Below are positions 11,664 to 25,456 of a stretch of 49,709 nt of DNA, one piece after another. The stretch is from Girardia tigrina (Eukaryota). The notes under the pieces are model-generated. The model was given only the letters and a program-made list of their open reading frames with translations. It had not been told where the DNA came from and did not search any database. The DNA is taken from contig MQRK01239110.1 of assembly GCA_001938485.1 (NCBI GenBank), positions 35,460 through 85,168 of the forward strand, given 5' to 3'. Positions within the stretch are counted from its first letter, which is position 1, and each line of letters starts with the position of its first letter. The position numbers and the translations under genes were made by a program.

Positions 11664-12874
11664 TGAGGTCTTCAAGTATGAAATTTTTAAAACTAAAGTC
11701 AAAGTGTACTGATAATTTACCAATACAAATATTTATGTCATTAATCAAAGTATCCACCCATATTATCGTCAAACTTTACATTTGAGTATTAGCTTGTTGA
11801 GATAATTAGAATAAAAATTTGGTGGGCAAGAATCTATTAATAACTGGAAGGCCATTTTACAGAATCTTCTGAATTGATTTTTCATATCAAAAAGTTGTTA
11901 AAATTGAGGAAGAAATGTTAGCCAGTTGGGGCTGGGTCTAGTGAGTGTGGAGGATAATGCTGAATTTCCAACTTAAGTTCGTATAGTTTTGTCACAGTCT
12001 TAAGTGCAGTATGTGGTTTTGCACTGTTTACTGTTTACTAAACGTGGTTGTTTCTCCTTCAGTTTTCGCATCGTATCTTCCAATAAGTTGCAGTAGACAT
12101 CTCTTGTGATCGATAAACTAGGATTCATAAAGTCATAACACCTGCGGCAGACCCCCAAACATTCATATTCAGCTTCTTTTGATGAATGTTGTGCTTTGCA
12201 TTTTTCTGTGTTTTGGTGCTCTATTTGAGTCCACCAAGTTTGATTAACGTTTTCTATTATCATTTTGGATCCACTTTTCATCACAAGTGACGATTCGATT
12301 AAAAACACTATCTCATTTATAGCAAGAAAGTATCATCAAGCAAGCATTCAAATGCTTTTGTTACTACTTTTCTTTTAATTCCCGTGGAATCCTTTTTATC
12401 CAAATTTTTCACTTTACCAATTTCAGTTAAGTGGTTCAATATTGTTTGCTTTGTAACAGCAAACGTTAGCGACAAATCATGAGCACTTTGTATTGGATCC
12501 GGCTCATTATTTAGGTTAAATTTCATTTCATGAATTTCCTAAACCAATTTGAAACGGTCTGCTACGTAGTTACAAACTACGTATCCTAATAAATATTGAT
12601 GTTTATTCATGGTTTCTGATGCTTAAGTTCCACTTAGTAACTCTTATTTCATTATAGTTCAAATTTCTGACTTTTCCATTTTTTTAAATAATGATTAATG
12701 ATAATAAAACGAGTTAACAATAATTTTAATTAATTTTTCTTGATATTTTCAATAGCCAATATATGTGGCAATCAAACAAAAACAATTGAGCAACAAAATG
12801 TTGATTGATCGTTAAATTATAACTATTTGAATTTATTGTAATCATGTCTACAAATTTCATACTTGAGAACCTGA
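11664..12874 (-). mobile_element. Old degenerate mariner, cecropia-like subfamily
   Basis: TIRs TGAGGTCTTCAAGTATGAAATTT / TCAGGTTCTCAAGTATGAAATTT with TA flanks. Relic ORF 12679 to 11741 reads MEKSEI...TILNHLTEIGKVKNLDK...PPHSLDPAPT...GGYFD*. Confidence 0.85.
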
Positions 12875-15800
12875 TAGTTATATATAATAGTTATATTTAA
12901 TTATACATTATTAAAAAATTAACTTCGGAAAACAAAAGAAACATAAATTATTTAAAAGAAATGTATCGTTTATAACTGATGAGATTGCGTTGTCTCGCAT
13001 CATTCAATGTTTCATTACAAAGTTTTGTTACAAAAATTAACTGAGCCACTCCTTTAACAAATACTACAAATGAGTGTTTTAATTTTATATTTAAATCGAA
13101 ATCATCTCAAAGCATTTATGTATAAAGCATTATTGTTTAAAGAGATTATTTATAAGTTGTATATAATGAAACCACTAGAAATGCACGTTGTAAAGGTTAT
13201 CGTTGAGTTAAACAGGGTAAACATTCAGAATCCTCTATTTTATTGATTTTGTTGTAAAAATATATCAGATAGATATGAGTTTTGATTATTATGGAATAGT
13301 AAATAAACATAAGAAAATGCAACCTTTCTTTGATGTCCTTATGAAGTCAGATGAAGTATTCGAACAGACGATGTTTAACTTATTTGTTAAAATAGTTTTT
13401 AACATCGCATTTTCTCTAAAATCTCTTACAATATTTAAAAAAGTAACAGTAAAAATATCTTGACAAAAATGATAATTATTTTAATCTTATTATTTGTAAT
13501 TATCCCCCCAAAATCGGCATTTTGGATATTCGTGATGAGTGATCGTTAGAATATGATTTACATTTTAAACTTCAACATTAGATACACAAAAATTTAAACA
13601 ATTAATACGAAATTATTAATTTTATTAAAATAAAAGTTTAAACTAAATGATTAAAAGTTTTAAAATAAAATCATTAAAATTAATTTAATTGTGTAAAATG
13701 GAAATCATTGTTCAAATAATTATTTTAAAACGATTCATTCTAAAATCTTATCAGTTTAGTTCGATTTCAACTGTTGAATGTTTTGTTTAGAGTTTTGTGA
13801 TTTTAATAAAAATGTTGGAAGTCATATTCGCGTTTTTAATAATCCTTTCTTTTTGTCGATCTAAGTACAGAGAAATGTAACTAAAAACACTCCCTACCAA
13901 ACACTAAATGGCTCTTTTAAGTAAAAGAAAGTTTTTTCTAGTAAATTTCTTGGAGTTTCTTCAAAAAAATCCAATTAGTGGACAAATAGTTGTCTCTGTC
14001 TGGATGCAATATTTACATAATTGGTTTTTATTAATATGGTTTTTTTTTAATTTCCAGGTGCTGATCGACTTTTTCCACGATGAATAATCACTTTGTTTCG
14101 CTTTTGGGTTTCGATTTTCGTTTTTTTTCCCAATCCAACTGATTGGCGATGGCCTTCAAAATTATAATTCCACAATAATTACGATATTTCTGTTGGAAAT
14201 GTTTGGGCAGAATTGATGATGCTAGTTAATTAGCAACAAAAGCATCTATGACACGAGGTCTCGACAGAGCCGGGCATTGGGCAACAGAAATTGTTATCAG
14301 AGAATCTGATCTCAAATTACCGGGGATCGGATTGTAAATTAAATAAATGTCAAAGGTGTAACACAATTATTTTTTATACATGAATTTCAAGTTTTCGTTC
14401 TCTACTATTTTTATAATCATTTTCTATCTCGATTTATTTTATATTAGATATTAATTTAATATTTTTTTTAAAAAAAAAAGAAAAAATCATGTTTAACATC
14501 GGGAATTATTAATAAATATTATTTATTTAAACATTATTCGGAAATAAATCGTTTTTCTTTTATAATGATCAATTGCCATTTTTTAATTATATTCAGGTAG
14601 TTTCATGTCAATTCTAATAAAAATAAATCCCACTGATGTCTAAAAGCAGTTGCTAAGACACATTTTTGTTAGATTTTTATCGGGAGAATGTGTACATTTT
14701 CCATCTTGTTCATTCATTTACACTGAAAATACATGAGCAATAAACAGAGGATGATACGCCAACCACAATATTTCCCTATACCAAGGTCAAAATAACATAG
14801 CTGATCTTGATCCATATTAAATGTGTTTGTCAATTTGTAATTGATGTTCATTATCATACAACAGATACTTAACGTTATCAAAAATCATTCGTTTAATTAA
14901 AAAATTAAAAAAGAAGATTTAACAGTGGACTTTTGTTGACGGAAAAGTAAAATTGTTCCAATTAACTTTAATTTTGTAGGAAGAAATGAAATTATAAATT
15001 TTTAATCACAAAAAAAGTTTAAGTCGAATCTTTCTATTTTATTTTAATATTTGAAAATTTTATTCAAATTAAATAATCATTTAGTTTTTCAATGCTATGC
15101 GAAATATTTCTCTTTCTGATTTCTTCGTGTCTCCAAAACTTGTAAGGCTAAATTTAAAATAATTAAAAGAAGGACACCGAAAAATTGAAAATTTTAGAAA
15201 ATGTTTATTATTGTATTTTTTGAATGCTAAAAATTTTAATTTTACATCATCGTGTTCAAGTTAAAATTTTGATAGAAGTCGTTTAGATGACGAAATACTA
15301 CACTACCGTTGATGATGAATGGCTTTAAGGATTTGGAATCTTATGAATAACTGACACTTCTCACAATGAAAGTGTTGTACTCAAGTTGTGTATTTCATAA
15401 ATTAGCCAGGAAGTGCCTCTTTCCTTTAAAAAATCGAAAGTTAGTTTATCGAGACCGAAAGTTTGTGTAGAATAATGAAAACCTTCGTTTTTTGAAAATA
15501 ATAAATGTTTTTTCCTTATATCGTGAGTCTTTGATTTGAATTTTTAATAAGCTATGTCTACAGTTTGAAAGAAAGATTTTTTAAGTTAAAGTGATAGAGG
15601 GAGATTCTTTTTATATCCTTTTAAAATTCGATGTTGAAGAGTACAATCATTTAACTGATCTAATTTAGCAAAAGATGTAAAAATTACTATAGAATTCCAT
15701 GGCTATATTTCATTTTAAAATCAAAATGATTTTTCCTCGAAATAGACCAATTATTCTTTTGAACAATTAATATGGAAGCAAAAAAATCAGCGCAGATGAG

Positions 15801-18800
15801 CTTCTTTTTGAGTACGCTTATTTTCGGGAAATCCGGGTAGGTCAAAAGTCTCTTATAAAACAATGAGAAAAGTTTAGTTCTTAGAAAATTATGTATCCAC
15901 AACAGAACTCAGAATGTGACAATTTTTATAATGATTGTCATAATGATACGCCATAAAACTAAAAATCCTTGCAGTACATTTAAATTGGATCGACTAAGAT
16001 ATATATATTCCATTATTACTTTTGAAAAAAATTTATTTCAGAAATTTCGTCACCCCCAAATCATCTTTTAAGATTTTGTAAATCGTTTAATTAATTAATT
16101 CCTAATTGATTAATCATTAAGAACAAAAACGTCAATTGAAGAAAACTGAAACGTGTAACACTAATCCAATAATATGTCCGGTTTTCAAAGTCATTTAACG
16201 ACAACAGAACTGTCTAGTATAAAATATACTTTAAAATGTGTAAAATCTAAATAAATTATAAATCCGATTTATATTTTAGACAGTTTTATTTCATTAATTT
16301 ATCTACCCCCCACTACTTTTTAAAATTCTTTCGTAGATTTTGATGTCATATGGAATCATAATTTGTTATAGATTTGTATATCCATCTATAAATTAATGTG
16401 TATAATATTTTATGTATCTAAAGGAAAATTTGAATTTTAAAAGAAATAATTTAAGAGCATATTTTTATCAACAAATATGGTGACCGTAAAGTAACTTAAA
16501 AATACTTTTTAGTTCAATTTTCATTGATGTTTTTCTTGACATCGTTAATGCTGAAGTTTAGCTCCATTAAAATATACAGTACTCAGAACAATTTGAGAGT
16601 AAAGAAAAGCAATAAATCGTTATTATTGCTTGATGCCTTTTTCTTATGAAGATATAATTATATATACAAAACCAGTTTTTTTCAACAAAAAATATGAATT
16701 TTAAAATTAATTAAACAATATTTTCCAATAAACAAGGAATTTAAAAAAAGTAATGGCAATATGAAAGCATTTAAAAAAAGCATTAAAAATTTTGAAAAAT
16801 TGCGTACAATATTTTAAACTATAAACAGTAGTTCAATTTGATAATGTGAATGACAATCGTTTTATTTTGATAAAAACTTCAAAGTCAATTTAGTTATTGA
16901 GTAAACGAAATTCAAAATCACAATTTATTACATTTTGATACATTAATATTATTTAATTTTGTTTAAATATTTCGAAGTTGTTTATGTTTGATATTTCAAA
17001 ATTTATCACTTTCACATTTTGAAATTTGTATGAGAAAGAAACGTTTTTCTTCAAATTATTAGCAATTAATAAATAATAAATTAGCACATAAATATCAGCG
17101 AAAACAACAAAAACATTATTTAATTTTTGAATTTCACTCGATCACCTTTATGTCTTTATTTTGGGATTTTATGACGTTTGGAAATAATAAAATAATAGGA
17201 AAATTCGTTTTTAGTTAATCTGTGTGTATGATTTGATCTTGCGGATTTCAGATATTTCATTACAAAAACATGAAATTAAATTAATTAATTTGTACAGAAA
17301 ATATTCAAAGTACAAATATGATTCAAGTATCGTTTAAAAACCAGCGGACGCCTTTTCTTGTCCAGAGTCTCAAAATGTAAGTTAAATATGCATACAAATA
17401 AGTGAAATTATCTTGTTGAAGCTGTATTAGTTTCAAAAAAAATAGTTTGGTTTAAATTTAAAAACTTACGATGTGAAAGCAAGCTCAACATGGAAAATAT
17501 AAACATACAGCTATTCTTGGTCTCCCAAGACATTTACTGGACTTTTCGTAAGAAGATTATTACAAATATCACCTTACGGAAAGTTTAGAATCTATCTATC
17601 TCACTTTTTTGTTTGTTACAGTCAAGGTGTGAATACTGTATTTTAAAAGTCATTCATGTTTTGAGGGGTTGTCGTTAATATTTTAAATACATTTTTTTTC
17701 AAAAGTGACTCAATGCTTTTACTTTAATGGTTTTTTAAACACTAAAATTAAAAATAATACCAATGCGGAAGTATCAATTTTAGTACTTTCAGTTTCCTTC
17801 ACTTTTACAAACGATTTTAATACTCAACTATTACTTTAAGAATCAAAACTTCATCTAAATTTTTTCTTTCTTGTCTTTCGAAGTATTTAATACTTAATAA
17901 ATAATACTTAATTTGGTAATTCAATTTGTAACTTCTGGACGTATTGTATAAGTGCAATAAAGTCACGAAATTGTGTCACAAAATAAATTGCTTCCCTTGT
18001 TCCCCGTTGGTATGAAAATGTGGATTTTATCTAACGTTTATCTAATATTAAAAACCACAAAAGAAACCTTTGGTTGATGAAAGAAAGTGTTGTGATTATA
18101 AAAGTTCCAAAATGGTGCGATATGCTTTAGGCATTCTAGATTAATTAAAATAACAAAAAACTATATTTTGCTCACTAGTTATTGATTTACTGTTTTCTTT
18201 ACTTCATCTTTATCTTCATTTATATTCATTCAAAATTTTATCAGTTTTCCTCAACATTCTTAATTGAGATTTTATCTAGAGATTTTATATTTATATAAAA
18301 TTTATAAGTGATTCGTTGTAAAAGTTTATTTTGCTCGTTTTTCTCATTTAACAATTCCATTGTGACATTTTACTGACCCAATTTTTATAATATATTTTTG
18401 TGTGATTCCCACACATCGCCATTTTCAGTAACACTAATTTCGTACTATCAAAAACTCGAATAATTTTGTTTATCAAAACAGAATTTGAAATTAAAATTCA
18501 TTTTTTTAATCATTTATAATGTCATTTTTCAATGTTTATTACATTTAAGAGTTTATTTGGCCAAGTCAACATCCTTATTTCCGTCCTACCTACAGTTTAT
18601 TTTGCGTATTATATACAAAGTCAATTATTTTATTGTCAAAATAATAGACTGAAGTTTATTATTAAATAATTTATATCTCATTAATATTAAAGCGTATTTT
18701 TCTTTAACTTGAAACGATTTAGTTTCGTAGAGTTTTTTTCTCAGACTCCCCACATTGATAAAATGACTTGACTTTTGATTGTTATCAGCAATGAATAATA

Positions 18801-19840
18801 ACAATTACTAATATATATATATATATGTATACATATGTTATACAAACACACACACACTCTCATGTTTATCAATCTACTCAAAGATGGCAGCCACTTATAA
18901 CATTTGAGTGCTTTGATTTTACAATCACTGTTCAAAAATTAGTTTCTGTGAACTAAATCTCAGAAAATTAATGACACAAATAATTATAGAAGCTAAAATA
19001 TTTTAATATATCATTTTTAAAGAGTACATTTTATCGCTTTTTTTATCGTTTTGATGTTTTATGTAGATTAAAATTTAATTGAAGAAAATCAACAGATATT
19101 AAAAGAAAAAAAATACAAAATCAATACTGAATAATAAATTATTTCCAAAATTTGAATATTAATATAATTTTAATTATTTTATCCTAATTAACTTATTATA
19201 AAATTGAAAAAAAATAAAAATTGTCTAAAATTTTAACATTTTTTTCGACGTTTTATTCTTATCTTTGAAACGAATTGTAAAAAAAATGTTGAAAGTGTTA
19301 AAAAAAAGTACAGAATATATTTGGGTATACGTAATTCTAAATCATTAAACAAATATTACTAGTTTATTAACAAAAAAAGATCCCTTCAAAACCGAATTCG
19401 ACATACATCAAAGAATAGAAATTCGAACAAATAATTCATACAGAATGTCAATTATCGTGTGTCAATAATTCTGTGTCAATGAACAAGAAATATCAAAATC
19501 GAAACATGTGCAAAATCAATAGTTATCGATTTTTATGTTTGTATTTTTGAAAAAAATGATATTTTGTATTATTTGCATTTTTTTAGTGTAAATAAAACCC
19601 GAAAGAATATAATTTTATTTAATTATTATGTAATATTTATGAATAATCGTAGATTGAATCAATACAAACCAATGGAATGATATCGGGTTTGATAACCCGC
19701 GAAAATTGGATCGATATTGTATTATTATTATGTATTATTATTATTATTACAGTGTAATAAATATTTAAAAATTAATAAAATCTATAAGAAATTTATTTAT
19801 ATATATATATATATTTATTTATTTATAAAAAATATTAAAA

Positions 19841-20112
19841 CTTATGGCCACCCNNNNNNNNNNNNNNNNNNNNNNNNNNNNNNNNNNNNNNNNNNNNNNN
19901 NNNACTGCTTTACTATAAAAATTCGTTGCTGAAGTGTTAATTGTCGTGCCATGCCAATATTGCCAACAACAATGAACAAAATGAAATAATTTAAAAAAAT
20001 TTTAAATAAATAATTATTAAAATAAAAAATTTTATCTGGTTTTTGTTTATAAATCATTTAAAATTTTGTGTTTATTGTTAAAACTGGGTAAAGCGACTTA
20101 TGGCCACCCCTG
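19841..20112 (-). mobile_element. 5' end of a Tc1/mariner-superfamily element (DD37D/DD41D-like) cut by an assembly gap
   Basis: TA|CAGGGGTGGCCATAAGT terminus at 20112; ATG at 19952 gives MARQLTLQQRIFIVKQ running into Ns (19854-19903). Confidence 0.5.
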
Positions 20113-20622
20113 TATATATATATATATATATAATTTAAATTTTGCTTATATAATGACTGGTAAACCATTTGTTAGTGGTACCTATCTCCCATTGTTACAT
20201 TTTTGTCGAATCTTTTGCTTTTTAAATTAATAACTGTAAAAGATATGCGATTTAAATTAAAAAACCCAATAAATATGTTCAAACTCAATATAAAAAATAA
20301 AATGGAGATCAGATGCATAACATAAATATCTTCTTTTTCTATAAATTTTGTAAAATCTTTGCTCTTTAGCTTGTTTAGTGTCTTCTTGTTTTTTTATTAA
20401 AATTTTTAAAACATTTTATAGTTTTATCATTAATCTTTGTGTAGTACTTTATCAATATTTACAAATAGTTCCAAATTGATTACCATTTTATATTTTTAAT
20501 ATATTTTCTATCAAATTTGATCACTAATTTGGTTTTTATAACAAATAATTCAACGTTTTACAACACAAGAATAAAATGTGTAAATTTAATAATTTTAAAT
20601 CACTTATACACCATAACGTCTA

Positions 20623-21198
20623 AAGTCAAACACATCTCTAACTCGAAATCCTCATTGAGTCGAACCTACTATTCTGGAAACGGAATTTAACTATAACTTA
20701 CACGCCCTAAGTCTAAAACATCTTCATCCTGCATCTCGGATAATTTTCTAGAAAAAGCACAATAGAAAATTATTTCTTTAAATAAAATAATATGTTAATT
20801 GAGAACTTCATCAAACAGAGACTCATTCCATCTGATAAAATGCAATCTTAAAATTAGATGAAAACTTAGCACTTTATTAATTAAATAATATTAAAATAAA
20901 TAATAACCTAACATAAAACCTAAACCTTACCCTAACCCATAAACTTAACAGTAGCTAAATTTTATACAAGAAAACTTAATACCAGAAAAAAATAAGAAAA
21001 CTTAAAATTAATAATTTTATTTTAAAATTTTTATTGGTATGTTAAAATGAAAATAAAATTTTAATCAAATAATATTAAAAAATAATAAATCCGGCCTAAT
21101 CCTTAAATATTTTAATATCATCTCTCTAACTCATACACCTTACTAAGTCGAAAACACTTCTTGTAACGGAAAGCGTTCGAGATTGAGAGGTTCTACAG
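20623..21198. mobile_element. Degenerate pogo/Tigger-type MITE
   Basis: Ends TA|AAGTCAAAC..TCTCTAACTCGAA and TTCGAGATTGAGAGGTTCTACAG|TA; repeated CTCTAACTC/TAAGTC subterminal motifs; internal TAACCT-like array. Confidence 0.5.
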
Positions 21199-24100
21199 TA
21201 TATAAATTAGTCTATTTAAGACAAGATTTATAAAGAGATGTTGGGAAAAAAATAAAGCCTGTATATTGGATCTGATTGATATGTTAAATACTACAGAAAT
21301 TCTATTTGAAATATTTTCATAATATCTAAGATTTATTGCTAGAAAAAACATTTTATTTCATACAAGTATTATTCATTTTTCTTAATTTATTATTATACAT
21401 CTTCGTTTTTACACTTTTCCTTTACTAGTTAACATTCTGATTTGCCACCTACCAATGAATTCGTAGTTTTTATTTTTTCCTGAACTTCCCTAACTGCGCG
21501 AGTGTCTTTAGTTGAAAAATTAGTAAATCGTTGGCGTCAGATGTAAGACGAAAATTAACCCGACATTACAAGATAAAAATATTTCAAAAATAATATTCAT
21601 AATGGCGTCTTGCACCGTTTTAGCGAAATTCGTGTGGTAATCGTATAAAAATATTACAAGATTAACCCATTGTATAACATTTTCATAAATAATTCCAATT
21701 ATGTTCTATGAATAAAATGATCGACTTAATTATGACTATATTATTATGGGTTATTAATAATTATATAAAATTATATTAATGGTTATATAATGCTTCCATT
21801 AAAAATATAAAAGCAAAGAAAAGATGTAAATGTTACATTTTTCAAACTATTCGCTATAACGAATACTTTTGTTAAATACTTTTGAATGGTTTTACTTAAA
21901 AATGTATCATTTTTAATATAAATAATATTTTTTAAGGATTATGAAATATTCTTCAAGATTATTTGAGAACACCAAAGTTAATTTATCTCTTTATCATTTT
22001 ATTATAACGTTTTCTTCTTTAGTTTTCTTCCGACAGAAAAAAAGAGTTTCAGTTTGGTCTTAAAATTCCTTCAATATTCAGAGGAATACTTGGAATGTTC
22101 ATGTATGTGTTGTTTGGAAGTTTGAATGTTGTACGCTGATTTGAGATTGTGTCTCTCCTACTCAGATGGATGATTAATATTTTAATTCTTATAATCTGAA
22201 AATGATTTATTCAAATTAATATTTAATATTCACATTTTTAATTTATTATTATTGTAAATTTTACATGATTTTATTAATTTTATTTTTTTTAATTTGTAGA
22301 TAATTAAATCCAATTAATATTCTTAAATGATTAATAGTAATTTTATTTTAATCAATAACATTTGAAGTAAATATTTTAAATGAAATATATAATTTCCAGT
22401 TAGTTTAGATTTTGGAATGAGAAGTTATTAAACATTGATTGATGTATATGAGTGAAAGCACTATTATGGATTATTGTAAAGATGATCCGAATGGTGATTG
22501 TAATAAATGTTGTAACAAATGTGTGAGTTCTCTTAACAAATATGTTAGAAAAAAATCGGATAATTTTTATTATTTTATTTATAATTATTATTTTTTTTGA
22601 TAAAATCGTTACTAAAATTCAAAATAATAATTAATAGAATTTATAGTTTTTTGGTTGTTTATAAAAAATATATATAAAATTTGCTTTTTATTGAAAATGT
22701 TAATTAAATGATAACCTAAACAAGTAAAGGACAGTTTCTTCATATCTCAGAATTTTAAATGAGTAAACCGTATTGTTTAATAAGTCAATTTTCATTAAAA
22801 TATATTCTTAAAATGATAAGTTAAGGAAAAAAATTGAAAAGTTAGAAACCAAACCGATATTATGTGTAAAATACTGTACTGTGCAGTAGTTAATTAATAT
22901 AATAAAATAAAATAGTGTACCACGCAAACACCATCAAAATACACCATATTTATCATGGAAAGAAATGATACCTCGGCGTCTATGTTGTAATTGAATTTCT
23001 CATAATATTGTGAATAATTATTATATCATTCATGAAATATGTTAATGAAGGTTATTCATACCTTATTAGCATAAGTTATATCATAGGTAACCAAACATCT
23101 AAAATGTTTTCAAAAAGAATTCAAATAAATTAACTGTCATTTTACAATTTGTAATTTAATTTTCTATAAAATCTGGATTTTATTTGGACAGTAAAAAAAG
23201 CTATTTAAAAGAAAATTAAAATAAAATTGTTTTTTATAACTGTTTTATAATTCGTTACCATTTTCTGTTTTTTTTTCATAATGAAAAAAAAACTAAAAAT
23301 CATCTTAAAATTTTGAATAAATTGAAAAAAATTCTCGGTTTTTTGTCAAATTTTGTAATGAATGATTTTGCTGTGGGATAAAAATCAAATAAAATCATTT
23401 TATTTTGATTAAAAAAGGAATTTAGTAAACAAATTAGATTTAATATCAATAATTGCACAGTAATCTTCTTTAATTTATCGGTTGACCAAAATCGGTGGAT
23501 AAATATAATGTTTAAAAATTGAAAAAAAATATATAAAAATAAATCATGGACGATAGATAAAGACTGAAAGTAATCGCGGGATGATACAGTCCCTCCCAAA
23601 CTGATAATAATAAAATAAGTAGTAGAGTCGATTTGTTGTGATTCATTTTTAAAGATGTTTGTGTCATTTAAAGATTCAAGAATCTTTCAAAAGGGTCGGA
23701 TTGTCTTTTATCAGTGTTTCAGAAATAAATAAAAGTACCAGATACAAAATAAGCGTTTAAAAATCTTTTCATCAAAACCTCATCAGTTCTTAACCCTTTA
23801 TATAAATAATAATTTATAAAAATAATAATTACATTTTTTGTAATTGTATTATACAGCTAATAATTTCTAAAACGGCAGTTGAAATAAAAAACCAAATCAC
23901 ATTAGTTTGTACTAAAATTTCATATGAGAATTTATGGCTGACATTTTACAATTTTTTATTCATTCATTAATAAAGGATTTTTCTAAAAAAACAAGTTTTG
24001 GTTGAAAAATTATTTATCATTTTTAATTTAATAGTTTTATTAATAATATATGTTGTTATTTAATAAAATTTTATATAAAACTCATAGATATTCGGGTTAT

Positions 24101-25084
24101 TAATCCATATTCAGATGACGCAATCTCACCTTATCGGTTACGTGTGTTGATTAGAATGATTCTGTAAGTCGCGGAAATCCTCGAATGTTTACACATCCAA
24201 GATAGCAACACAGTGTGAGATATTGATAAACCCGTGATTAAAATAACAAAATCATATGAATGATATTGTTTTTTTAAAGAGAAATTTAAATTTAATTTAA
24301 TTGAAAATATATTTAAAATAATTTATATAAAAATTTATTTAAAAATTATTTTTATACGTATACGGTAAAATTTCTTATAAGTTTTCCTTTTGAAAAAATA
24401 AGACGGAAATGACAAATAAATTTATTTTTAAAGTGCAGTGTCGTCTCTTTTGATGATCCACCAAAATCTCTATTTAGTAATTATTACTTATTCTTACGCG
24501 GAGTAATTTTTTTTATTACTTATATTAAGAATTAATAAGATTATTAGAAATTTTTAAAATAGCTAGAAAAATTTTGCAGGCCCAGAAATAATTCTTCAAT
24601 ATACAAAAAATAACAATACTAAAAGCGAATAAATAAATAAATTTAATGAATTTCTTAAAAAATAATAATCTATATTAACTAATTTTTATTAAAATATATC
24701 ATCAGAAAAAAATAATATAAAATTGAATTTATTTTTAATGAATTATTGTTTAAAAAAATCTCAGATTATTAATTATTCAATTTACAAAAATGAAATGCAA
24801 GTAATAAAAAATTAAATTAAATTATAGTTATGATGAAGTGGTTTTTTTAGACTGATATTTGATTGAATTATTTATTTTTAATATTAAAATGTTAATCATG
24901 TTAAAATAATAAAAAAAATAAATATTATACAAATAAAATACATAAAATAAAATATAAAAATATTTCAATGAAATTTTTTTTCTATTTTTAGATTAATTCA
25001 TATTTAATATTTTTTAAATAATAAATAAATTTTTAATTATAAATTATTAGTTCATACACAAATTAATAATAAATATTATTCTAC

Positions 25085-25196
25085 CTTTCACGTTCGCTTG
25101 AGCTCCTTTCCACTTATCGCCGAATATTTGAGCATTTAATTTGTCAATATAAAAATATTCAATGGTTAGAAACAGTATAAAAATATATCTCCACAT
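25085..25196 (-). CDS. unc5: UNC5-like netrin receptor, putative coding exon 1 (signal peptide)
   Basis: Reads taaaATG then MWRYIFILFLTIEYFYIDKLNAQIFGDKWKGAQANVK+G, with a hydrophobic N-terminus and an L-N-A|Q cleavage-like site. Ends AAG|gtag in phase 1, matching the phase-1 acceptor at 11413. Two CCAAT boxes lie ~200 bp upstream. Linkage across the 13.7-kb intron is inferred. Confidence 0.65.
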
Positions 25197-25394
25197 TTTA
25201 TTTTTTCGCAATATAAATTTCTTTTTATTTTGATATCTTTTTAAGAAAAAAAATTAAATTTTTTTAAAAGTAATATGTATATAAATTATCAATAAAAATT
25301 GACTAATTGATGTGCAGTCAGATTGTTTAATATACTAAAATACTACAATATCAATACCGATTAATTTGTGTGTTAATATCAATGAGCAAAGCAA

Positions 25395-25456
25395 TTTGAT
25401 TGGCTGTTAAACTGTTGAATTTTGATTGGTCACTTCAATGATGCAAATTTGGCGCC
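25395..25456 (-). promoter_or_regulatory. Putative unc5 promoter: two CCAAT boxes, octamer, E2F-like site
   Basis: ATTGG at 25399-25403 and 25425-25429 (agCCAATca and gaCCAATca on minus), ATGCAAAT at 25441-25448, TTTGGCGC at 25448-25455; all 200-260 bp upstream of the ATG. Confidence 0.45.

Noticed and set aside
12976-13010. CTGATGAG...CTC hammerhead-like start (also the CTGATGA motifs near 31540, 35465 and 47990 on minus)
   Set aside because: There is no properly placed GAAA, stem III or stem I.
19841-19853. Second CTTATGGCCACCC copy in the same orientation as the TIR at 20097-20110
   Set aside because: It abuts an N gap and cannot be distinguished from a scaffolding artefact.
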